Made by a program: the position numbers and the translations under genes. Positions 8,507 through 16,810 of a DNA stretch of 32,000 nucleotides are shown here, one piece after another (within the stretch, counting starts at the first letter, position 1; every line of letters starts with the position of its first letter). This stretch comes from Candidatus Saganbacteria bacterium (lineage in GTDB: Bacteria > Margulisbacteria > WOR-1 > JAKLHX01). Below the pieces are notes generated by a model, which was given only the letters and a program-made list of their open reading frames with translations, was not told the DNA's origin and did not search any database. The stretch spans positions 30,001 through 62,000 of the forward strand of contig JAPLKZ010000013.1 of the NCBI GenBank assembly GCA_026387835.1. The letters are read 5' to 3'.

Positions 8507-11055
8507 AGACACTGACGGCGCATACAGGTCTTGACGGTTTGGATGCGGTCCTTAACGGACTGCTGATAGGGGACAATGTGGTCTGGCAGGTCGACGATGT
8601 TTCGGACTATAAAAAATTCGTTCTTCCTTTCGTAAAAAGAGCCCTCACCGATAAAAAGAAAGTCGTCTATATAAGGTTTGCCGATCATCCGCCGCTGCTC
8701 GAAAATACCGAAAAGATAACCGTCTACAAGATAGATCCTGAAAGCGGTTTTGAATCCTTCTCAACCCAGATACACAACATTGCCACAAAAGAAGGCGAAG
8801 GGACGTATTATGTCTTCGACTGCCTGTCCGATCTCCTTTCTTCATGGGCAACGGACCTCATGATCGGAAATTTCTTTCTTGTGACCTGCCCCTACCTTTA
8901 CGAACTTGATACGATAGCGTACTTCAGCGTCCTGAGGAACAGCCTTTCTTTCGAGACGATAGCGCGCATAAGGGAGACCACCCAGCTTTTGCTGGACCTT
9001 TTCAATATCAGGAACACGTATTATGTCCACCCGTTAAAAGTGTTCAACCGTTATTCCCCGACAATGTATCTTCCGCACATCCAAAAAGGAGAAAAATTCA
9101 TCCCCATCGTAAGCAGTGCAGATGCGGCGAACATATTTTCAGGAATATATAAAAAGGGCCCGGAAAGTGAAAAGAGAAAACTTGATTTCTGGGACAGGCT
9201 TTTTATCAGGGCGCAGGAATTATTCGAGAAAAAAGGCCCGAAAGAAGAACAGGAAAAGATGATCGACCAGCTTTGCAGGGTGATGATAGGCAAAGAAGAA
9301 AAGATGCTTGCTCTTGCAAAAAAGCATCTGGCGATCGACGACATTTTAAGTATCAAATCAAGGATGATAGGAACAGGATTTATCGGAGGCAAATCGGTCG
9401 GGATGCTGCTATCCAGAAGGATCCTTTTAAGCGATCCCTCGTGCGACTGGAGGTCCCAGCTTGAGCCGCACGATTCATTTTATGTGGGTTCCGATGTCTT
9501 TTATACATATATTGTCCAGAACGGCTGGTGGCGGCTTCTCATGGAACAGAAGACACAGGGGAAATATTTTGAGGCCGCGCAGGAACTTTCGGAAAAACTG
9601 CTCAAGGGGAGGTTCCCCCAGGAGATCAAGGAACAGTTCCAGGAGATGCTGGAATATTTTGGCCAGGCCCCGATAATCGTCAGGTCGTCGAGCCTGCTGG
9701 AAGACGGGTTCGGCAATGTTTTTGCCGGAAAATACGAAAGTATCTTTTGTGCCAACCAGGGGAGTCCCGAAGAACGTTATAAGAACTTTGAAAGCTCGGT
9801 AAAAAGGATATTTTCAAGCACGATGAACAAGGACGCGCTTTTCTACAGGATGCAGAAAGGTTTGACAGAACAGGAAGAACAGATGGCGCTCCTTGTGCAA
9901 AGGGTGTCAGGCTCGACAAAGAAACATTATTTCTTCCCGGACACCGCAGGGGTGGGCATCTCTCACAATATATTCATCTGGAACAAGGATATGGACCCGA
10001 AAGCGGGAATGCTGAGACTGGTTTTCGGCCTGGGGACCAGGGCGGTCAACAGGGTTGAAGATGATTATCCGAGGATAGTAGCGCTCGACGACCCCTTGTC
10101 GAGGCCGATAGCCGGCATAGAGGAGGCAAGAAAATACTCGCAGCACAAGATAGACCTTCTTGATATCTCAAAGAATTCACTTGAAACCCTTGAAATATCC
10201 GATGTGCTTTCGGAAGGGATAGATTTTGACATGGGGCTAATCGCGGAGCATGACGGTACTACGAACGGATCGTGGATATTGTCTTTTGATCCTTTTCTCA
10301 GGACAACGGAGTTTGCCGGTACAATGCAAAAGATGATGAAATTCCTTGAAGCCCAGTATAAGCATCCGGTAGATATAGAATTCACGGCAAATTTCACGAA
10401 AGACCGCGGTCTACAGATAAACCTTCTTCAATGCAGGCCTTTGCAGGCAAAAAGCGGGGAGGTGAAGATAGATATTCCGGAAGATATTGATAAATCCATG
10501 AAAGTCTTTTCTTCGGAGGGCGGTTTCATGGGCGGCAGCATATCAAGGTCTTTGAGAAGGCTTATATATGTAGATGCAAAGCTGTACAGCGAGCTTACAC
10601 AGTCTGCAAGATACGATATTGCCCGCGCGATCGGGAAACTGAACCACCTGATAAACGCAAAGGAAGAACTTCCGACGATCATAATAGGGCCGGGACGATG
10701 GGGGACGACGACCCCTTCGATGGGAATACCCGTCAGTTTTTCAGAGATCAACAACGCAAGCTGCCTGGTCGAGGTGTCTTTCAGGACAGCGAACCTTATC
10801 CCGGAGGTGTCTTTCGGGACCCATTTTTTCCAGGACCTGGTAGAGGGCGATATCTTTTACTCCGCCCTGTTCACTGAAAATAAAGATGTTTTGTTGAATT
10901 CGGACCTGGTCATGTCTTTTTCAAACAAGCTTTCCGGATTGCTGCCTGAATACGGGAAATATCAGGACGTCATCAGGGTCTGTGATTTTGAGGATAATAA
11001 ACTGATGCTGGCAGCGGATGTCATTTCACAGAAGGTCGTCTGTTTTATAAAATAA
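8503..11055 (+). CDS. Fusion protein: degenerate KaiC/RecA-like N-terminal domain + PEP-synthase-type ATP/pyruvate-binding (PPDK_N) domain + conserved-looking C-terminal domain
   Basis: The N-terminus GLDAVLNGLLIGDNVVWQV... and YYVFDCLSDLLSSW resemble KaiC-type folds without a GxxxxGKT P-loop. It is followed by GTGFIGGKSVGMLL, APIIVRSSSLLEDGFGNVFAGKYESIF and INLLQCRPLQ, typical of PPDK_N. No TSHAA phosphohistidine motif. The ATG overlaps the gltD stop (ATGA). Confidence 0.85.
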   Translation: MKTLTAHTGLDGLDAVLNGLLIGDNVVWQVDDVSDYKKFVLPFVKRALTDKKKVVYIRFADHPPLLENTEKITVYKIDPESGFESFSTQIHNIATKEGEGTYYVFDCLSDLLSSWATDLMIGNFFLVTCPYLYELDTIAYFSVLRNSLSFETIARIRETTQLLLDLFNIRNTYYVHPLKVFNRYSPTMYLPHIQKGEKFIPIVSSADAANIFSGIYKKGPESEKRKLDFWDRLFIRAQELFEKKGPKEEQEKMIDQLCRVMIGKEEKMLALAKKHLAIDDILSIKSRMIGTGFIGGKSVGMLLSRRILLSDPSCDWRSQLEPHDSFYVGSDVFYTYIVQNGWWRLLMEQKTQGKYFEAAQELSEKLLKGRFPQEIKEQFQEMLEYFGQAPIIVRSSSLLEDGFGNVFAGKYESIFCANQGSPEERYKNFESSVKRIFSSTMNKDALFYRMQKGLTEQEEQMALLVQRVSGSTKKHYFFPDTAGVGISHNIFIWNKDMDPKAGMLRLVFGLGTRAVNRVEDDYPRIVALDDPLSRPIAGIEEARKYSQHKIDLLDISKNSLETLEISDVLSEGIDFDMGLIAEHDGTTNGSWILSFDPFLRTTEFAGTMQKMMKFLEAQYKHPVDIEFTANFTKDRGLQINLLQCRPLQAKSGEVKIDIPEDIDKSMKVFSSEGGFMGGSISRSLRRLIYVDAKLYSELTQSARYDIARAIGKLNHLINAKEELPTIIIGPGRWGTTTPSMGIPVSFSEINNASCLVEVSFRTANLIPEVSFGTHFFQDLVEGDIFYSALFTENKDVLLNSDLVMSFSNKLSGLLPEYGKYQDVIRVCDFEDNKLMLAADVISQKVVCFIK

Positions 11056-11090
11056 ACGCAGCTCATCTTTTAAACTTAAATCATCAATTC

Positions 11091-11119
11091 TTGAAAGCGG
11101 TGCGCTTTCACGATATACT
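11091..11119 (+). promoter_or_regulatory. Sigma70-type promoter for tRNA-Met (possibly also serving the downstream rluA-like gene)
   Basis: TTGAAA (11091-11096), 17-nt spacer, TATACT (11114-11119), 11 nt before the tRNA 5' end. An 8-bp palindrome TGAAAGCG-gtg-CGCTTTCA (11092-11110) overlaps it. Confidence 0.7.
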
Positions 11120-11130
11120 TAAAAATATCC

Positions 11131-11202
11131 GGGCCCATAGCTCAATGGTGGAGCAATCGGCTCATAACCGACAGGTTCTAGGTTCGAATCCTAGTGGGCC
11201 CA
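11131..11202 (+). tRNA. tRNA-Met (anticodon CAT)
   Basis: Cloverleaf: acceptor GGGCCCA/TGGGCCC, D arm GCTC..GAGC, anticodon loop CTCATAA, T arm CTAGG-TTCGAAT-CCTAG, discriminator A. CCA is not encoded. Confidence 0.95.
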
Positions 11203-11211
11203 TCTATTATT

Positions 11212-11877
11212 ATGAATATCCCCATCTTATATGAAGACGAGCAGATCATTGCTGTCGATAAACCTCCGCGCGTTTCGACGATCCCTAATACTTCCACACC
11301 CAGGGAAGAATCACTTGTAGGCATGCTTGAGGAACGGTTTGAAAGGAAGTTTTTTGTAGTCCACCGGCTGGATAAGGATACTTCCGGTGTAATTGTCTTT
11401 GCTTTGGATCCAGCTACGCATAGGGACTTGAATATCCAGTTTGAACAGCAGAAAGTAGAAAAAAAATATATCGGTATTGTGGAAGGCAAAACGGATTTTG
11501 TTGAAAAGAAAATTTCGATCCCAATCTCAAAAAGCAAGATCGGATCAAAAAAGGTCGCTCTTTCAAGCAAGGGGTTCGAGGCGATAACTATCGTAAAGAC
11601 ATTAAAAAATCTAAAAGGTTATTCAATAGTTGAAATACGGCCTGTGACAGGCAAAAGGCACCAGATAAGGCTTCATCTGAAAGCTATCGGTCACCCGCTC
11701 GCGATAGACGAGCTTTACGGCAGGAAAGAACCCATCATTATAAACGGGAAGATCGTTTTAGACAGAATGCCTTTGCACGCGTCTGAAATATCGTTCGTCC
11801 ATCCGGGCAGACAGGAAAAGATCACCATCAGCTCGGAAATTCCTCAGGATATGAACGGTTTTATAAGTTCGCTTTAA
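11212..11877 (+). CDS. RluA-family rRNA/tRNA pseudouridine synthase
   Basis: VVHRLDKDTSGVIVFA, KKYIGIVEG, VTGKRHQIRLHLKAIGHPLAIDELYG. The ORF-track GTG at 11194 lies inside the tRNA, so ATG 11212 is the sensible start. Confidence 0.93.
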   Translation: MNIPILYEDEQIIAVDKPPRVSTIPNTSTPREESLVGMLEERFERKFFVVHRLDKDTSGVIVFALDPATHRDLNIQFEQQKVEKKYIGIVEGKTDFVEKKISIPISKSKIGSKKVALSSKGFEAITIVKTLKNLKGYSIVEIRPVTGKRHQIRLHLKAIGHPLAIDELYGRKEPIIINGKIVLDRMPLHASEISFVHPGRQEKITISSEIPQDMNGFISSL

Positions 11878-11897
11878 AAATGTTATTATAGAATATT

Positions 11898-12494
11898 ATG
11901 ACAAAAGATATCTGGAAACCAGGAACGATGGTCTATCCGCTGCCCGCGGTCATGGTAACCTGCGGCGAGTACAGGAAGGGCGGGACCACGGAGAACTCCA
12001 ACATAATTACGCTTTCCTGGGTCGGGACCGTGTGTACTGATCCCGCAATGGTATCTATCTCAATAAGGCCCGAAAGATATTCGCATGCGATCATCGAAAA
12101 ATCAGGCGAGTTCGTGATCAACCTGACAACAAGGGGGCTTGCTTTTGCGACTGACTATTGCGGGATGAGGTCCGGAAGGAACGAGGACAAGTTCCAGAAA
12201 ATGAAACTGACGCCTCTCGAAGCAAGGACCGTGAGCGCGCCGCTGATAAAGGAAAGCCCGGTGAATATCGAGTGCAAGGTCACAGAGATCAAAAAACTCG
12301 GTAGCCACGATATGTTCCTTGCCGAAGTGATCTGCATACATGCCGACAGAAACTTCATCGACAAAAAAGGTGTCTTTGACATGGAAGAAGCGGACCTCAT
12401 CTGCTACAGCCACGGAAAATATTTCGCAATGGGTAAATATCTCGGCCATTTCGGGTTCTCGGTGGGGAAGAAAAAAAGACTTAAAGACAAATAA
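11898..12494 (+). CDS. Flavin reductase-like / FMN-binding split-barrel protein
   Basis: YPLPAVMVTCGE...NIITLSWVGTVCTDPAMVSISIRPERYSHAIIEKSGEFVINL...GMRSGRNEDKFQKMKLTP...SPVNIECKV follows the pattern of this family. Confidence 0.85.
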   Translation: MTKDIWKPGTMVYPLPAVMVTCGEYRKGGTTENSNIITLSWVGTVCTDPAMVSISIRPERYSHAIIEKSGEFVINLTTRGLAFATDYCGMRSGRNEDKFQKMKLTPLEARTVSAPLIKESPVNIECKVTEIKKLGSHDMFLAEVICIHADRNFIDKKGVFDMEEADLICYSHGKYFAMGKYLGHFGFSVGKKKRLKDK

Positions 12495-12533
12495 GACATC
12501 AAGCGTGCAGGCGTTCTTCAGCATTCATAATGT

Positions 12534-12539
12534 TATAAT
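12534..12539 (+). promoter_or_regulatory. Consensus -10 box TATAAT, 8 nt upstream of an ATG (candidate leaderless start)
   Basis: TATAAT-CTATCCAA-ATG with no Shine-Dalgarno between. No convincing -35. Confidence 0.5.
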
Positions 12540-12547
12540 CTATCCAA

Positions 12548-15259
12548 ATGTCCCGGAAAATACTGATACCGGTCTTTATCTTCATTCTGTTAGTATCTTT
12601 CATCTCCGTATCCCACGCATGGTCTGACTGGAGAACATACAAAACAAAACATTTTACCGTGTTCTACAAGCCGGGGCTCGAAGACAAAGCGTGGAAAATA
12701 CTTCAATCCCTTGAATATTACAGGACTAAAGTGGAAAGCCTGGCGGGGAACACCTGCCTGAACACAAATATTATAGTCCAGGACGTCGGGAACCTCGTCA
12801 ACGGATATACCGAACCGGCATTGAACAGGATCGAACTCAATATCAAGTCACCGTCCGAAGGGCAGCTGCAGCTGAACCAGGACTGGTTCTCAACACTTAC
12901 AGTGCATGAGTACACGCACATGGCTGAGATATCCAACGTCAGCGGATTATTCAAGATATTAACGGACGTATTCGGCCCGGCTTTATACCCTAACGCGATA
13001 TTTCCCCTGTGGGGGCTTGAAGGCATAGCCGTGTACAGCGAATCAAATTACAGCCCGTATTCAGGGAGGCTGAACGACGGTTTTTTTGACGCCTATGTGA
13101 TGTCGAGGGCAAAGGAAGGTGATTTTCCTTCGATCGAAGAAGCGACGTTCATGCCTGTCGATTATCCCTGGCACGGCGGTGCATATATGTACGGCAGCGA
13201 GTTCTACAGGTTTCTCTCACAAAAATACGGGCAGGACAGCCTGACAAAATTCTTTAAATATTACGGCGGCAGCATACCGGTCCTGCAGATCGGGACTACC
13301 GCAAGGGCGGCTTTCGGAAAGAACTTTCCGCACCTGTGGGAAGACTGGAAAGAATATGAAAAAGAAAAAGCAAAAAATTTCAAAGTCGACGGGGACCGGT
13401 TCACACAGCACGGCTGGATAATAAAAAACCCGGTCATCGAGAGCGGCAAACTTTATTTTTCACGCGGATACCCGGTAAAGACGGCTGCTTTTACAAGCTA
13501 TTGGTTTTCCCAGATAATCGAAAAAGATCTGGACACGGGACAGGAAAAGGTGATTGCGAGCTCAGCACCATACAGAGGTATTCTTTCAAAAGTGATGATA
13601 GGAGACCTGCTCAAGATAAAAAACGGTATGCTCTATTATTCCGAGGAAGACAAGATGCCGGGGTTCAGCAACGAATCTCTCGGAGGAAAAGGGTTCGTCA
13701 ACAAGATCCATGCCAAAGACCTGAAGACCGGCAAGACAAGCGTACTGTTCGAAGATGATATCAGGGACCTTGAAGTGCTTGAGGACGGCAATATTATATA
13801 TTCTAAGGACAGGGAAGATCCTTTTGGTTCGCAATTGATCGTCTTTGACAGGAAAACCTTAAAAAATTCGGTCCTGATGCAGACAGATCTTTTGATTGAC
13901 AGGATGATCGCTAAAAGCGGCGACCTATATGTCTGCGCGAGGAAGGACCTTGAGAACTTCGGCATCTACAAGATCGGTCTTGATTCAAAAAAGATATCAG
14001 AAATAGTGCAGACCCCTTATTTCGAGGGCGGGCATTCACTTAACGGTAATAATCTATTTTTCAGTTCAAATTATGGAGGGAAATATAACCTGTACAGCTA
14101 CAATATAGGATCACAAATAATTTCTAAGGTCTCAAGCGGCGGATATGAAGAACATCCGGTCTATGATGAGAAGAACAACAAGTTATATTTTATCGGTGTT
14201 ACCGGTGACGGCTACGACATTTTTAAAAAGAACATGGAAAGCTTCAAATTCGTTCCTCCCATGGCCGTCAGAGAAGACAAGGCCGATCTCACACTTAAGA
14301 AAGAAGATGTCAAACAGGGGGATTATTCAGACAATATCAATTCGCTGTTCCCGCCTTACACAAGAATTCCTATGCTCTTGTTTGACGGCTCTTCAGCGCA
14401 AAGCGGGCTTTTCTTCACCGGGCAGGACGCGATAGGCAATTTTCCATATAAAGCCCTGGCTCTTTATGACAGCGGAAAGAAAAAAATGGTATTAAGCACC
14501 AGTGTCCAGACCAACTTTTTCTCGCCTGCGATCGCTTCGATAGGATACGCTGACGACACGACCTCCCAGATCAGCGGCCAGGTCGTTTATCCTTTGATAG
14601 ATAAAATAGCAATGGGTCTGTCTTCGTTTGATCTCGGCCTTTACGGCAGCTCTTTCGATAACTATTCAAGAAAGATGGTCGAGCCTTTTTTATCAGCCGG
14701 ATTTAACCTTCCGAACACGATATTTAATGTTTCATCCGGTATCATGTTTGAACGCCTCAGGTTAGGGTCCTCTATTTCCAGGACAGGCTATATCGGAAGG
14801 CTTGATATCTCGGCATTTTTCCTGCACAACGGCCTGGACGCGTCCGCGGTCGCCATTTATGATCCCGATAACCCGTCCGACGTGTTCCCGCAGATAAGGG
14901 GTTATCAGGCGGCGCTTACGGACAAGAGCGGCATGATCTTGTCGGCAGAGATAAACAGGCGGCTGTTGAAAATAAGGCAGGGCTGGTGGTCGAAAGGCCT
15001 GTATTTTGAGGACCTGTGCGGGCTTGTTTTCATTGACGGAGCTTCATCCACAGCCGGCAATTCCCAGCTTTCGGCAGGGGCGGAACTGCATCTTGAAATG
15101 AAGTCTATCGTGAACGTGGATCTCGGGCTCAGGTATTCCTATAACAAAGAGAACCAGTCGGGGTGGGCGGCGCTGATAAAAGTATACCTGCCGTTCAATA
15201 TTGATATGGACGGCAAGAGGCCTGTTTCTGACAGATTGATCAGCCGGAACCGTTTTTAA
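12548..15259 (+). CDS. Secreted/outer-membrane gluzincin-type metallopeptidase-like protein with TolB/WD40-like beta-propeller and C-terminal beta-barrel-like region
   Basis: Signal peptide MSRKILIPVFIFILLVSFISVSHA. HEYTH (12905-12919) followed by WGLEGIAVYSE. Repeated propeller-like strands (SGGYEEHPVYDEKNNKLYFIGVTGDGYDIFKKN). C-terminal amphipathic strands ending in ...DRLISRNRF. Confidence 0.75.
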   Translation: MSRKILIPVFIFILLVSFISVSHAWSDWRTYKTKHFTVFYKPGLEDKAWKILQSLEYYRTKVESLAGNTCLNTNIIVQDVGNLVNGYTEPALNRIELNIKSPSEGQLQLNQDWFSTLTVHEYTHMAEISNVSGLFKILTDVFGPALYPNAIFPLWGLEGIAVYSESNYSPYSGRLNDGFFDAYVMSRAKEGDFPSIEEATFMPVDYPWHGGAYMYGSEFYRFLSQKYGQDSLTKFFKYYGGSIPVLQIGTTARAAFGKNFPHLWEDWKEYEKEKAKNFKVDGDRFTQHGWIIKNPVIESGKLYFSRGYPVKTAAFTSYWFSQIIEKDLDTGQEKVIASSAPYRGILSKVMIGDLLKIKNGMLYYSEEDKMPGFSNESLGGKGFVNKIHAKDLKTGKTSVLFEDDIRDLEVLEDGNIIYSKDREDPFGSQLIVFDRKTLKNSVLMQTDLLIDRMIAKSGDLYVCARKDLENFGIYKIGLDSKKISEIVQTPYFEGGHSLNGNNLFFSSNYGGKYNLYSYNIGSQIISKVSSGGYEEHPVYDEKNNKLYFIGVTGDGYDIFKKNMESFKFVPPMAVREDKADLTLKKEDVKQGDYSDNINSLFPPYTRIPMLLFDGSSAQSGLFFTGQDAIGNFPYKALALYDSGKKKMVLSTSVQTNFFSPAIASIGYADDTTSQISGQVVYPLIDKIAMGLSSFDLGLYGSSFDNYSRKMVEPFLSAGFNLPNTIFNVSSGIMFERLRLGSSISRTGYIGRLDISAFFLHNGLDASAVAIYDPDNPSDVFPQIRGYQAALTDKSGMILSAEINRRLLKIRQGWWSKGLYFEDLCGLVFIDGASSTAGNSQLSAGAELHLEMKSIVNVDLGLRYSYNKENQSGWAALIKVYLPFNIDMDGKRPVSDRLISRNRF

Positions 15260-15288
15260 TCGCGAATATTTATGATAACATAATCGGT

Positions 15289-16800
15289 ATGGAACTTGAT
15301 GTAGAGAGACCGGAGACCTGGCCTAACCTGAAAAAGTTCTCGCGGTTCGAGAGAAAGACCTGGATCATTTCAAAGATGCCGCTGATACTTCGCACGATCG
15401 AAAGATACATTTCCGCTTCCGTCGATTACAGGGACAACTCCCCGTGGGATACTATCGGCTTCATCTGCCTTGACGACGGGCTTTACAAAGAAGCCGAGCA
15501 TATCTATGACGATATGATAAAAAGGTCCCATCACAGGGAGACTGTCCTGAACCATCTTCTTTATTGCCGCGGGATATCCAAATTCCTGCAGGGAAAGTTC
15601 AAGAACGCGCTAGAGGATTTCAAGCAGTCAAATCACATGGCGCACATTTACAAGCAGAAAGACCTTGGCGCTGCAAGGGCTTTGATGTATATGGAAGATA
15701 CTATTTTCCCGATGATAGACATGGTCTCAAGATCAAAGGAAAAACTGCGCAATGACCTCAACGTGGTGCCTTTTCTGGATAAAGCAGTCGGCGCAAATAT
15801 CCTGAAGACCCTCCATAAATGGAATTCCTGCTCGCCGTTGTTTTCAACGGGAGTGAGCCAGGGCGGCGGTTACCTTCTGACGCTCAAGAACCATCTCGGA
15901 GCCGTAAAGTCGATAGCCATAGACCCGGGATACGAGTTTTTGGAGATATTTAAAGACCTTGACCTGTCTATCGTGGACCTTGACGCGATAATCGCGACGC
16001 ATGACCACGACGACCATACCGAGTCGATAGAAGCGATCCTTTCCCTTCTGGCAAAGCACAATGACCATGTTCCGCAGAGCAGGGCGAAGACCCTTGATGT
16101 ATTCGGCTCTCCCGGGGTGATGCTCAAATATCAGGGACTTTTCAATGCGCTTGACCCCTGGGGTAACAGGGAGATAAATTTCAAACTGTTAGTTCCCGGG
16201 GCGACGATCGACCATGTCGGGACCGTATCGCTCAAGGAAAAATACGGGTGCACGGTCCATGTCAAGCAGGCTTTCCACGAGGAGCTCTGGACTCACGAGG
16301 AATCAGCGGTAGGCCTCGTGATCGAAACGAATATCGAGGATAAAGCAGGTCATCCGGTATGCGTGGGCGTGACGGGCGATTCGCGATATGAAAAAGGACT
16401 CGGAGAACAGTATAAAGGCTGCCAGGTGCTTTTGTTCAACATCGGCTCGCTTGAAAAAGAGGAAGGAAAACTTCTGGACCAGCATCTGGGCCTCATAGGT
16501 TCAATTAACGTTATTAAAGAAGCAAAACCAAAGGTCGCCGTCCTGACCGAGTTCGGTGAGGAGTTCAGCGGGAAACGCGCCACGGTCGCTTCGGTCATAG
16601 AGGAATGGGCAGCTCCGATGGAGGGAGTGATCGCAGAAGACGAATTTAAAGTGATCCCCGCAGACATGCATTTTGAGATAAGATTGACGGACCTGTACGT
16701 GAAAGAGACCTCGTCCCATGTATTCCTGCCGTACAAGATGATAGAAGTGGAAGAGTCAGGATCTGACAGTATCATGTACAATATGAAAGAAAAAAGATAG
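15289..16800 (+). CDS. Metallo-beta-lactamase-fold hydrolase with an N-terminal helical/TPR-like region
   Basis: AIIATHDHDDHTESI (HxHxDH at 16000-16017), later QAFHEELW...GVTGDSR...LFNIGS. The N-terminal ~150 aa is helical and repeat-like (GLYKEAEHIYDDMI..., GKFKNALEDFKQSNH). Confidence 0.75.
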   Translation: MELDVERPETWPNLKKFSRFERKTWIISKMPLILRTIERYISASVDYRDNSPWDTIGFICLDDGLYKEAEHIYDDMIKRSHHRETVLNHLLYCRGISKFLQGKFKNALEDFKQSNHMAHIYKQKDLGAARALMYMEDTIFPMIDMVSRSKEKLRNDLNVVPFLDKAVGANILKTLHKWNSCSPLFSTGVSQGGGYLLTLKNHLGAVKSIAIDPGYEFLEIFKDLDLSIVDLDAIIATHDHDDHTESIEAILSLLAKHNDHVPQSRAKTLDVFGSPGVMLKYQGLFNALDPWGNREINFKLLVPGATIDHVGTVSLKEKYGCTVHVKQAFHEELWTHEESAVGLVIETNIEDKAGHPVCVGVTGDSRYEKGLGEQYKGCQVLLFNIGSLEKEEGKLLDQHLGLIGSINVIKEAKPKVAVLTEFGEEFSGKRATVASVIEEWAAPMEGVIAEDEFKVIPADMHFEIRLTDLYVKETSSHVFLPYKMIEVEESGSDSIMYNMKEKR

Positions 16801-16810
16801 CCGATACCGG

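Noticed and set aside
11194-11211. GTG start at 11194 for the RluA-family ORF
   Set aside because: It lies inside the tRNA-Met gene. The ATG at 11212 gives the normal N-terminus.
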